Source of the DNA: Selaginella moellendorffii
Lineage: Eukaryota > Plantae > Lycopodiophyta
Direction: 5' to 3'
Assembly: GCF_000143415.4 (NCBI RefSeq)
Contig: NW_003314297.1
Location: 1,217,430 to 1,281,429, forward strand
DNA length: 64,000 nt
Made by a program: the position numbers and the translations under genes. Below the pieces are notes generated by a model. It did no database searches. It saw only the letters and a program-made list of their open reading frames with translations, and was not told the origin of the DNA. Shown here in pieces: positions 1-12,148 of this stretch. Position 1 is the stretch's first letter, and every line of letters starts with the position of its first letter.

Positions 1-522
1 GATCACCCAACATCTTGGCATAGAAAAATGAGGACGAAAAATAAAAGAGCCGAGGAGAAAAAAACACTCAAAAGAAGAAAGAGACTTGTAAATACCATCG
101 ATTGGTTCTTTGACGAAATCCTTGTAGGAGCCACCGATCTTCTGTTTTAGAGCTGCGTACTGCAAAAGTCAAGAAGAGAGAGATGAGAAATTTGGACAAG
201 TTGGATGTTTTTTCTCAAAGACGTGGTACTTGCTCTCGGGACATTTTCTCGCCTGACTTTGTAGCCTGATGAGCCTCGTCGATCAAATCAGCGTCCCTCT
301 CCGACCTTGCCTGAGAGAAATCCAGCGCGTCGGTGATGCTAGTCAGAAATGATGTCTTCTCCTGCTTCTGTTCACTCCCCTAGCCGGGAGGAGTTTCATC
401 CTTTCTATCCTGTGCCAGAAGAACTATACTGACTTTTTTGTGGGGGCTGTGATTAACTGCTGCTGCTTGATGGATCTGCCAAGAAAACTCGCCTTTGTTG
501 CTGCAACCGAAGCTGCCGCCAT
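1..522 (-). CDS. Uncharacterised, probably plastid-targeted plant protein (3' end runs off the window)
   Basis: ATG at 522 (MAAASVAATKASFLG, transit-peptide-like). A 54-bp GT-AG intron (433-380) removes an in-frame TAG. Later exons read ...FLTSITDALDFSQARSERDADLIDEAHQATKSGEKMSREQ / YAALKRKIGGSYKDF. Confidence 0.7.
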
Positions 523-893
523 TAGCAACAAGAAAAAACGAAAAAAGAAGATGACCAACTTTGAAAGGATCGGACTGGGACACGCGTTCTCTTTCCCGCC
601 CCCAGCATTTACATGGTCTTGGAATTTTGGGTCAATGCAGGACCATACCATATTCTTCACATAAACTGTTTTTTCTTTAGTCCTTATTTGGAATGGGCCA
701 TGGCCAAGCTTCCTCTGGAGTTCTCAAGAGTTGTTGGCAATGGACATTGCATAGCTTCAGACTATAACCAAGGAAACATTGTCGGCCTCCTTGGAATTTT
801 CCAAAAGCTTTTACAACAAAGAATTTTACTATTAATGCACATTAACACTTAAATAAAATGTTTTAAAGAAAAGTCAAGAAATACAATATATAT

Positions 894-1355
894 TGTGAGG
901 TCTAATTGTACAGTTATGATGCCACATACTAATCTAGTGTAATATAATTTTGATAGCTATTTGATTGATTTCTATTCAAATCACTCACTCTTGCATATAA
1001 GCTAGAATTTTTGGGCTAATTGATATATACATTTCTATATTCCATCCATGCACTTACATTGGTGGAGGTGAGGGGCAATTTTGATTGTTCTTGAGAAGTG
1101 CTTAGATTTAGGATTTTGGTTTTAATTTAACTTTTATATCATCTAGATCTCTCTTTCCTTATAGTTTTTTCAAATTTTTCTCTTTTGTTTTTCCCTTTTC
1201 ATTCATTTTTATGGCAGAGTAACAACTTCCTCCTCTTTTCTTTGGAGTAGTAGTTGGTGCAATTTCTTGATGCTATCTGGTTGCAGTTAAATAATTGGAC
1301 TCAGTTGATGGTAGCATTCATGACGCATGATGCAATTCTTCTTGCTCTTCCTTAT
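894..1355. repeat. Left arm of a diverged ~450-bp inverted repeat (partner 23283-23683)
   Basis: For example, 1055-1115 acattggtggaggtgaggggcaatttt..gattgttcttgagaagtgctt matches the reverse complement of 23525-23580. Similarity is collinear throughout, roughly 70-80% by eye. Confidence 0.85.
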
Positions 1356-3830
1356 GTTCGGCTAAAGTTCTTTCATAAAAGTTCTAGAGATGATGTGTAC
1401 TATTAGTTCAATCACTTTACGATGATTATTATATATTATTCTTGGGATGATAGTGTAAGTAACTAAATTTTTTATTTTATTTTAGTCATTTAATTACACC
1501 TTTTATCACTTGGAGGAGTCTCATTCACAACCTCTATATGTTTTATTCTTGACTTAAGGATATATTAACCCTGTGAGTGGCATCTATACCACTCAGGCTT
1601 TACACTTGGTCCAAGTGTTCTACTTATCCAATCCCAAGTATCATTAACATATCAGCTTGTTACATCAAGGCCATGTCCATTAACCTTTGTCTCATTAGTA
1701 ATCTAAAACCATTTATACCATAACTTAATTTTTCAAAGATTAAGCCATTTGTTCATAAATGGTTCATAAGACCACATTTTAACATCCTTAGGATGCTTAG
1801 AGATATAAGGAACACCATTTCCCAATATTCTTTCTTCAGTCCCCACCAAATCCCTCTTCATTTATAGTTTTGCTTGGTAAAATTGCCATTGGGTTAGGGC
1901 CCAAAAGCCCGACCATTAAGTCCCATTGATCTCTAAAACTTCTTCACTACGTGACTATGCCTTTAGTCACTATACAAGAGGATTATTCTTCTTCCTTTCC
2001 ACAGTTTAGGACTTTAAGACAACCTTTTGAAACACCACGACCCTATACAAGCGTCTTAGGTACTCCCCACTTTCCACCTTTAGATGCCTTAACTATGTGG
2101 CTAGAGCGAGGTTCTAATGAACTATACCAGATATCTAAGTAAGTAGTGCTACCCATACTTGGATTAGGAGCATTAACCATTCCATCTCTTGCGGGAGCTA
2201 AAGTTAGCTCTTGAACACTTCACCAAACTATTTTGCATGTTTGTCTGTATTCACTTTAGTATTTGACTCCTTAATAGTTATATCATCACCCAACACATGG
2301 GTATAGCTTTCTTGGATCATACTAGCCTTTCTTGGCTAAATTGGTTCCACTAAAGTTCAACCCCCACACTTTCCCTATTATACTTTTGGAACCCTTTATA
2401 ACCTCCCTTTTGTAGCGCATGTGATTATGAGATGAGATTTGGATATATTGTCACCGTGGATCCTTGGAACCTTGGGGGATAAATGGGGATAAAATAGCCA
2501 CTAAGGGCTCTCTCATAAAGAAATTGCCCCTTTTCCAGTTGGCTTAAGGGGAGAGAGATAAGATGCGCTACAGTTGGTATCGGAGCAAATGGCACGGGTT
2601 CAATTCCCATCGATTAGTGGCTACTTAAAATATAATATACCCTTGAGCAAGGTATATTTCTACCCCTAAATTTGAAAATCGTATGTATTAGGCATCCATA
2701 TGTACGTCCTTCCTCTTGAGGAGTATCCCAGACGAAAGTATCCACCGTGGGATTGCAATACGGGTGGATGACTAGTTGCCTCATATGGAATAGTTGGTCT
2801 ACACAATGGAAGGATTAGTAGATTAATGTAAGCGACTAATTTTTCCATTCTACTTTAGTCACTTAACCACACCTCCGACCACTTGGAGGAGTCTCATTCA
2901 CAACCTCCATAAGTCCAACTCAGGACTTGGGGCTTGCTAGCCCCGAGAATGGCATCCATGCCACTCAACCTTAGCACTTGGTCCAAGTGCTCCACGTGTC
3001 CGATCCCATGATCGACACCCCAAGGTACCACCGACGTATCGGCCCGTTATGCTAAGGCCATGCCCAATTACCTTGGTCACACTGGTGGTCCAACACCACC
3101 TGCATTCCAATCCCGTCTCTCAAAGACGGGGTCATTCGTCCATGAGGGATCATCCCAGATCCACTCCTTAACATCCTTAGGATGCCTACAGATATGGGGA
3201 ATAGCCTTCCCCAATATCTCTGTTCCGGTCCCCACCAAGTCCCTTTCTGTCCTTGGCTGTGTTCGCCAACACTGCCACTGGATCAAGGCCCACCGGCTCG
3301 ACCACTAAGTCCCACTATCCTCAAGGACTTCCTCACTGTGTGACTGTGTCCTTGGTCACCCCACCAGAGGGCTACCCCTCTTCCTTTCCACAGTCTGGGA
3401 CTTTGGGACACCATTTCGGAACACCGTGGCCTTACGCGAGCCACCTGGGTACTCTCCCCACCTTTCGCCTTTAGGTGCTCTAGCCATGGGCTTAGAGCGA
3501 GGTTCCGTTGAGCCACGCCTGGTATCCAAGTAGGTAGTGCCACCCACACTTGGACTGGGAGCATCGGCCAGTCGATCTCCCAGGGGAACTAGAGCCGGCT
3601 CTTGAACACTTCACCAAGCTACCCCGCTTGTCGGTCTGTGTTCACTCTAGTCTTGGACTTCCCAGTGGGCAGCTCATCACCCAACACTGGGTCCGGCCTT
3701 CCTGGGCCAAACTGGCCTTTCCTGGCCAAACTGGCTCCACTGCAGTCCTCCCCCTACTATACTTTTGGAGCTCACCAAACCCCCCAGGGTCTGGGAGACA
3801 AACGCTTTGGGCTTTCACCCTCTCAGGCTC

Positions 3831-3959
3831 CGGACTTGGACTCGGACTCGAACTCGGACTCGGACTCGGATTCGGACTCAGACTCGGGCTCGGGCTCGGT
3901 CTCGACCTCAGCCTCGGTCTCGGTCTCGGCCTCAGCCTCGGTCTCGGTCTCGGTCCCGA

Positions 3960-3997
<38 letters not shown>

Positions 3998-4424
3998 CCA
4001 GTCTCGGTCTCGACTTCGGACTCCATCTCGGACTCCATCTCGGACTCCATCTCGGGTCCATCTCGGGTCCATCTCGGACTCCATCTCGGGTCCATCTCGG
4101 GTCCATCTCGGACTCCATTTCGGGTCCATCTCGGGTCCATCTCGGGTCCATCTCGGGTCCATCTCGGACTCCATCTCGGGTCCATCTCGGACTCCACTTC
4201 GGACTCCAACTCGGGTCCATCTCGGGTCCACCTCGGACTCCACTTCGGACTCCATCTCGGACTCCATCTCGGGTCCATCTCAGACTCCACTTCGGACTCC
4301 AACTCGGGTCCATCTCGGACTCCACTTCGGACTCCAACTCGGGTCCATCTCGGACTCCACTTCGGACTCCAACTCGGGTCCATCTCGGACTCCACTTCGG
4401 ACTCCAACTCGAGTCCATCTCGGA
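3831..4424. repeat. Compound GGACTC/GGTCTC hexamer, 12-bp and 36-bp higher-order array inside the 3' LTR
   Basis: (ggactc)n, then (ggtctc)n, then (ccatctcggact / ccatctcgggt)n, then the 36-bp unit gggtccatctcggactccacttcggactccaactc(g). Confidence 0.95.
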
Positions 4425-7400
4425 CACTCCCACGTGTCATGTGTTGGTCCTTTTGGGTCCCTTTTTGGAGCCTCGCCTTTTGCTCGCTTCGTGCTCGTTC
4501 CTCGAGCACTTCGTTGGGAGTTCCACTCCCGCTCTTGACTTTTCAAGTCGGAGCTTTTGGTCCAAACGTGTTACGCTCGTTTGGCTCTCGCTTCGGCCAC
4601 TACCATGTGGCGCCCTTCCGGCTCCACTTTGGGGCCTAGGGATTTTGTGTCTCACAACTCCACCACCCATAGACGAAGTTCGATGTCCTCATCGAACGGT
4701 GAACCATTTTATAAAGTAACACCCGCATGTGTTACCATTTCCATCCTTGGCGCGTAGCCAATATTTGTCAATGGTGTGACATTGAAGGCTCACCATGCCT
4801 TCTCCATATTCGTCAATGGTTGGACATTGAAGGCTCACCATGCCTTTTGCATATCCTCTAAGGAGGGTAGTCTCTCCAACTTAGAGACTGATTGGACCAC
4901 ATATAGTGGTTCTCTCCTTTTATTGGTTTAGTTCTCGCTAAACCTCTTAGAGACCCTTCTCTAAGTCAATCCCACTACTCCTTCTCGAGTAGTCTCAATT
5001 TCCATCGATATAACCTTTGCACTTTGGAACTTTGAATTTTGACTTCTTGGAGTCAATTTCCTAGGTGTCTCCGACACCTTGCCTTGCACCTTTTGTGCAA
5101 CTCCACTTCCCATCCTAGGAAGTTCTCTACTCGAGGGCACCATCATCCTCTCTTCTATTTCGTGCCAAAGTTCCAGTTATCATACTTTGTGCTAGGGCTG
5201 TTCATGGCCCTATCATTTGGCTACCTTACCGCTCCCTCCCTTGGAGCTTCTACTTTCGCCAAATCGGAGCATTTCGGAATTCATCCTTGGAAACACACTT
5301 CCTTTTCCGGAATTTGTTAGCGTCCAACACATTAGTGTTCCTCGCCTAACTTTGTCACTTGGATTCCTTCCAAGGGATTCCACGGCCCTATCTTGGCCAC
5401 TCATCTTTTGCTCCTATCCGTTGATTGTTGCACCAAGCGACATCGAATCTCTACCTCCCTCCTTGAGGTATTCTTGTGATTCCATAGCAAAGGCTCTGCT
5501 TTGCCAAGACTAGGGTGTTCGCCCCTAGTAAGTCTCTTTAGCATCTTCTGCTGTGGGCTCTATCCACGGCCCAACTTTGTGACCCTCCCATGGGTCTCTT
5601 TAGAGACTACTTTCCTTGGACACAGTATGCCACCGCAATGACATAGCTCATTTCCCTAGGGTGCTTTTCCCACTTGGTCACCTTGACCAAGCCACACCAT
5701 CATCAATAGTTCAAATCAACACTTTGAACTAGGAACCTTATTCCTTAACCCAAACAAGGACCTTGTCCTTATTTAGCCACAAGATCACCTAGTGATCTCA
5801 CCTCGGCACCTTAACAGGTTTGCCAATAGGTACTAGGTCTTCCAGACCTTTAATTTGTTAACTACGACCCCGGGGGCATCCCCCACACTTGGCGGTGCGC
5901 CCAAGCCAGCCCTTCCGGCCAAGGGTCCATAGCAACTGAGATTAGGTGTCCCCATCTCACTCACCACGTCCTTGGTGCCACTCGCACCAAAGCGTTCAAG
6001 TTAGATATGCCGAGCTTTCACACTAAGCAATCTAACCGTGCATCACGACTCCGAGGCATCCCTCGCTTGACGGTGTGCCCAAACCAGTCTCCCCACTGAG
6101 AGTCCATGACCACCGAAATATGAGTGTCCTCATATTCCAAACCATCACCACGCCCTAGTGATTTGGGACTCGAACCCAAGCACTAGAGGGTCGGGACTCG
6201 AACCCAACCTCCGTATATGCATCTACGGACGGCATCACACAAGATGCCTGGCGTGACTCCCCACGCCGGTGCACCAACTTATTTTTAAAGCGCGCTACAG
6301 ATCACAGTTTAGGAACCTAGTTCCTCCACACTGCCAAGTCCTCTCACTTGACATGTCTGCGATCATGCATGGACTCCTCCATGCTCGGCCCCATGGCCCA
6401 CCCTTTTTGAAGTTATCACCTTCAACTAGGGTATTTGTTCCCCCGACGTGCCAATCTCGCTTGGCAAGTCCTCCGACCACTGTAACATGGTTCCTGCATA
6501 AGCGTGAAAGTCCTTGACCATCGACTTTCGTTCAAAGCCCTCTCTTTGAACACTCGGGAACTACTTCCCTAACCTTGATAGCCTTGCCTCATGGCAAGCT
6601 TCAAGACCACGCTTCTGCTGCGCCACTCTGATTTCGCGCGTTCCATGAACCATTTACACTTGGCCTTTCTAAGTACTAAGCTACCTAGAATCGTCTTTGG
6701 GAACCTTGAAGGAACTCTGTCCCTCAGCTTGCTAAGGCCTCCCTTTTTGCAAGCCTTCCAAATGCCACATAGTCTAACATGGACAATTCCATATTTTAGA
6801 CTCTCCATGGCATCACGGTTGCTAGCGGCAACACCCTCGAGCCCCCACTTGATTCTCCACTCCCAGCTGGCATAACCAACCTTGGTTATGCCCTTTGATT
6901 CCTATGGTTCGGTTCTATCCCCTTACTTCTTGCTTTTTGGCTTCACACCTTTCCTTTGGTCATTCTCCTCCAGACCAGGAGGATAGCTTTGCACTTTCTA
7001 TCATGCTTTAGCAAGTATTCTTAGGGATGAACCTACCCAATAGCCTAGGGAGTGGTTCCTCAATCCGGGTATGCTCACCTTATAATCCCACACACTGGGA
7101 TTACATTGTTGCTTATGGGCCTTTACATGCCCATCACTAGCCTTGCCAAAATTCCATTTTGGCTTTGTCCAACTCGGGTAGACAGTCCTCCCCTGTCTCC
7201 GCAACCTTGGACATTTGGATAGCACCTTCTATCCATCATTCGCTAGGGACTTAGTCCCTTGGGCTTTATCCATTGCCCTCGCGACATCAAACACCACCTT
7301 CTGGTGTTCTAGAGTGTTCGGGTGTCCCAATGATGGCTTTCTTGACAATGAGTATTTCCTTTTATGACATTGACTTACTATATCGCAACACAAGCAACTT

Positions 7401-7860
7401 ATCCCCCGTAAGGGTATATCCAACTTCCCTATGCTATTAAGAAGTCTTGGGTAGCTACCTTCTACCCGTGTAACCAGTTACTTTGCACCTCTTGCTTAGT
7501 TGCCTTGTAGTTGTCAAGTCCTACAACTCATTGCTGGTGCTTCCACACCTCCATCATTATCTGGGTCACCACACTCCAACTGCATGCTCTGCAGCTTAGG
7601 CTATGCGATTCCCATTTCCATTGGGATTCCTTTGGCAAGGGGTTCTCATGAACCCACCAACATAGCCTCAAGGTATCACACCTTGGCACATTTGGTGTCT
7701 CCACACCATCGGCTCCACGAGCCTACCTCTATGACATTTCCCCTTCGTGTCTAAGTCTTTGCCAAGACCAACACCGCTCTTTCTCATGCCAACCATCCGT
7801 TAGCACTGCACCATAGAGGTCACACACAACTTTATGTCAAAGTTGTTTTCTTCTGGGAAC

Positions 7861-9628
7861 TGTGAGACACAAAATCCCTAGGCCCCAAAGTGGAGCAGGA
7901 AGGGCGCCACATAGTAGTGGCTGAAGCGAGAGCCAAACGAGCGTAACACGTTTGGACCAAAAGCTCCGACTTGAAAAGTCAAGAGCGGGAGTGGAACTCC
8001 CAACGAAGTGCTCGAGGAACGAGCACGAAGCGAGCAAAAGGCAAGGCTCCAAAAAGGGACCCAAAAGGGCCAACACATGACACGTGGGAGTGTCCGAGAT
8101 GGACTCGAGTTGGAGTCCGAAGTGGAGTCCGAGATGGACCCGAGTTGGAGTCCGAAATGGAGTCCGAGATGGACCCGAGTTGGAGTCCGAAGTGGAGTCC
8201 GAGATGGACCCGAGTTGGAGTCCGAAATGGAGTCCGAGATGGACCCGAGTTGGAGTCCGAAGTGGAGTCCGAGATGGAGTCCGAGAAGGAGTCCGAAGTG
8301 GAGTCCGAGGTGGACCCGAGATGGAGTCCGAGATGGAGTCCGAGGTGGACCCGAGATGGACCCGAAATGGAGTCCGAGATGGAGTCCGAGATGGACCCGA
8401 GATGGAGTCCGAGATGGAGTCCGAGGTGGACCCGAGATGGACCCGAAATGGAGTCCGAAGTCGAGACCGAGACCGGGATCGAGACCGAGACCGAGACCGA
8501 GACCGAGATCGGGACCGAGACCGAGACCGAGGCCGAGGCCGAGACCAAGCCCGAGCCCGAGTCCGAGTCCGAGTCCGAGTCCGAGTCCGAGTCCGAGTCC
8601 GAGTCCGAGTCCGAGTCCGAGTCCGGAGCCTGAGAGGGTGAAAGCCCAAAGCGTTCGTCTTCCAGACCCTGGGGGGTTTGGTGAGCTCCAAAAGTATAGT
8701 AGGGGGAGGACTGCAGTGGAGCCAGTTTGGCCAGGAAAGGCCAGTTTGGCCCAGGAAGGCCGGACCCAGTGTTGGGTGATGAGCTGCCCACTGGGAAGTC
8801 CAAGACTAGAGTGAACACAGACCGACAAGCAGGGTAGCTTGGTGAAGTGTTCAAGAGCCGGCTCTAGTTCCCCCGGGAGATCGACTGGCCGATGCTCCCA
8901 GTCCAAGTGTGGGTGGCACTACCTACTTGGATACCTGGTGTGGCTCAACGGAACCCGCTCTAAGCCCATGGCTAGAGCACCCAAGGGCAGAAGGCGAGGA
9001 GAGTACCCAGGTGGCTCGCGTAAGGCCACGGTGTTCCGAAATGTTGTCCCAAAGGCCCAGACTGTGGAAAGGAAGAGGAGCAGTCCTCTGGGGTAGTGAC
9101 CAAGGACACAGTCATGTGGTGGGGAAGTCCCAGAGGACCGTGGGACTTAGTGGTCGGGCCTGTGGGTCTCGATCTAGTGGCAGTGTTGGCAAACACGGCC
9201 AGGGGCAGAAAGGGACTTAGTGGGGACTGACAGAGGGATATTGGGGAAGGCTATTCCCCTTGTCGGTGGGCATCCTAAGGATGCTAAGGAGTGGATCTGA
9301 GATGACCACTCACGGATGGTTTGCCTAGTCTTGGAGAGCCAAGACGGTGATGCAAGTGGTATTGGACTACCAGTGTGGCAAAGGTGATTGGGCATGGCCT
9401 TAGCGTAACGGGCTGCTATGTCGGTGGTACCTTTGAGTGTCGGTCATGGGATCGGACACGTGGAGCACTTGGACCAAGTGCAAATGTTGAGTGGCATGGA
9501 TGCCATTCTCGGGGATAGCAAGTCCCAAGTCCTGGATTGGACTTATGGAGGTTGTGAATGAGACTCCTCCAAGTGGTCAGAGGTGTGGTTAAGTGACTAA
9601 AGTAGAATGGAAAATTTAGTCACTTACA
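7861..9628 (+). mobile_element. Solo LTR of the same LARD family, inserted in the opposite orientation inside the young element
   Basis: Begins tgtgagacac and ends cacttaca. TSD GGAAC (7856-7860 / 9629-9633). Carries the array at ~8092-8626. Confidence 0.95.
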
Positions 9629-11498
9629 GGAACACCTTTCCCATAACTTTAGCATGGCACATTTTGCCATCAATGAGATACCCTCTGTTCTCATCCTTGG
9701 ATCCTATGATCCCCCCCCATCCTTTGTGGGGTACAACACACCTCAGTCCAAATGCTTCCATCAGTCCTTTTAGGACCATTCCTTGACTCTACTTGAGTCA
9801 TCTAGCAGTTTTGGACTTGGTTAATCCACAGACCCGTAAGGTCTTACTTGTGAGGCACTAGCTCACTGAAATACACTTCTTGCATTCCTGTCCTACTCAA
9901 AAGGACTATTTTCACAAGTGTTACTCCGACACTTGATTTTGTTCTCTGGGGGCAACCTTTGCCCCTTAGGACTACTTGTCCATGTGATGAGAACACCAAC
10001 TCATCCACTTAATACACCCCCAACTCCTGGGGTTGTTCCAGCATTTATTAGAGTAGCCCCGGCTACCTTTTCAAGGACTTGAGTCCTCTTCCGTATTTGA
10101 CCTCCCACGGTCATTACTTCTGGTCTCACATTCATGAGCACCAACCTCAACTATATGAGGAAAATCTTTTGACTCCTTTATTGCTTTGGAGTCTTTATTT
10201 TTCCCGTGATCCCAACTGTAGTTGTTTACCACAACTACATTAGCCAGTTTGCTAAGTCAAATGCTCATCTAGATCACATCCTCAACTCTTTGAGGAAAAC
10301 CATATACTGTTCCCAAGATCCCAAAGTCGTTCCATTATTGGCCCTTTTCTATCCACCACCTCGTCTACAAGTTCACACATGAACTGTAATGGAGAGCCAT
10401 GTCTTCCCGACTTGCTACTCCTCAAGGATAGGCCCACTCCTCGGACCTTCCGATGCCAACACTAGTGGTGATATACTTGAGCACCAATAAAAGTCGGACT
10501 AAGGAACAGCTCCGATACCAAATTGTAAGCGACTAATTTTTCCATTCTACTTTAGTCACTTAACCACACCTCCGACCACTTGGAGGAGTCTCATTCACAA
10601 CCTCCATAAGTCCAACTCAGGACTTGGGGCTTGCTAGCCCTGAGAATGGCATCCATGCCACTCAACCTTAGCACTTGGTCCAAGTGCTCCACGTGTCCGA
10701 TCCCATGATCGACACCCCAAGGTACCACCGACGTATCGGCCCGTTACGCTAAGGCCATGCCCAATTACCTTGGTCACACTGGTGGTCCAACACCACCTGC
10801 ATTCCAATCCCGTCTCTCAAAGACGGGGTCATTCGTCCATGAGGGATCATCCCAGATCCACTCCTTAACATCCTTAGGATGCCTACAGACATGGGGAATA
10901 GCCTTCCCCAATATCTCTGTTCCGGTCCCCACCAAGTCCCTTTCTGTCCTTGGCTGTGTTCGCCAACACTGCCACTGGATCAAGGCCCACCGGCTCGACC
11001 ACTAAGTCCCACTATCCTCAAGGACTTCCTCACTGTGTGACTGTGTCCTTGGTCACCCCACCAGAGGGCTACCCCTCTTCCTTTCCATAGTCTGGGACTT
11101 TGGGACACCATTTCGGAACACCGTGGCCTTACGCGAGCCACCTGGGTACTCTCCCCACCTTTCGCCTTTAGGTGCTCTAGCCATGGGCTTAGAGCGAGGT
11201 TCCGTTGAGCCACGCCTGGTATCCAAGTAGGTAGTGCCACCCACACTTGGACTGGGAGCATCGGCCAGTCGATCTCCCAGGGGAACTAGAGCCGGCTCTT
11301 GAACACTTCACCAAGCTACCCCGCTTGTCGGTCTGTGTTCACTCTAGTCTTGGACTTCCCAGTGGGCAGCTCATCACCCAACACTGGGTCCGGCCTTCCT
11401 GGGCCAAACTGGCCTTTCCTGGCCAAACTGGCTCCACTGCAGTCCTCCCCCTACTATACTTTTGGAGCTCACTTTGGCCTTTCACCCTTTCAGACTCC

Positions 11499-11614
11499 GG
11501 ACTCGGACTCGGACTCGGACTCGGACTCGGACTTGGACTCGGACTCGGATTCGGACTCGGACTCGGGCTCGGGCTCGGTCTCGGCCTCGGCCTCGGTCTC
11601 GGTCTCGGTCCCGA

Positions 11615-11646
<32 letters not shown>

Positions 11647-12148
11647 CCGGTCTCGGTCTCGACTTCGGACTCCATCTCGGACTCCATCTCGGACTCCATC
11701 TCGGACTCCATCTCGGCGTCCATCTCGGACTCCATCTCGGACTCCATCTCGGACTCCATCTCGGACTCCATCTCGGGTCCATCTCGGGTCCATCTCGGAC
11801 TCCATCTCGGGTCCATCTCGGACTCCATCTCGGACTCCATTTCGGGTCCATCTTGGGTCCACCTCGGACTCCATCTCGGACTCCATCTCGGACTCCATCT
11901 CGGGTCCATCTCGGACTCCACTTCGGACTCCAACTCGGGTCCATCTCGGGTCCACCTCGGACTCCACTTCGGACTCCATCTCGGACTCCATCTCGGGTCC
12001 ATCTCAGACTCCACTTCGGACTCCAACTCGGGTCCATCTCGGACTCCACTTCGGACTCCAACTCGGGTCCATCTCGGACTCCACTTCGGACTCCAACTCG
12101 GGTCCATCTCAGACTCCACTTCGGACTCCAACTCGAGTCCATCTCGGA
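11499..12148. repeat. Same compound tandem array inside the 5' LTR, with different unit counts
   Basis: Same units as 3831-4424, with a longer run of ccatctcggact. Confidence 0.95.

Noticed and set aside
3831-4424. CRISPR-like array
   Set aside because: Contiguous tandem units with no unique spacers, in a eukaryotic context with no cas genes.
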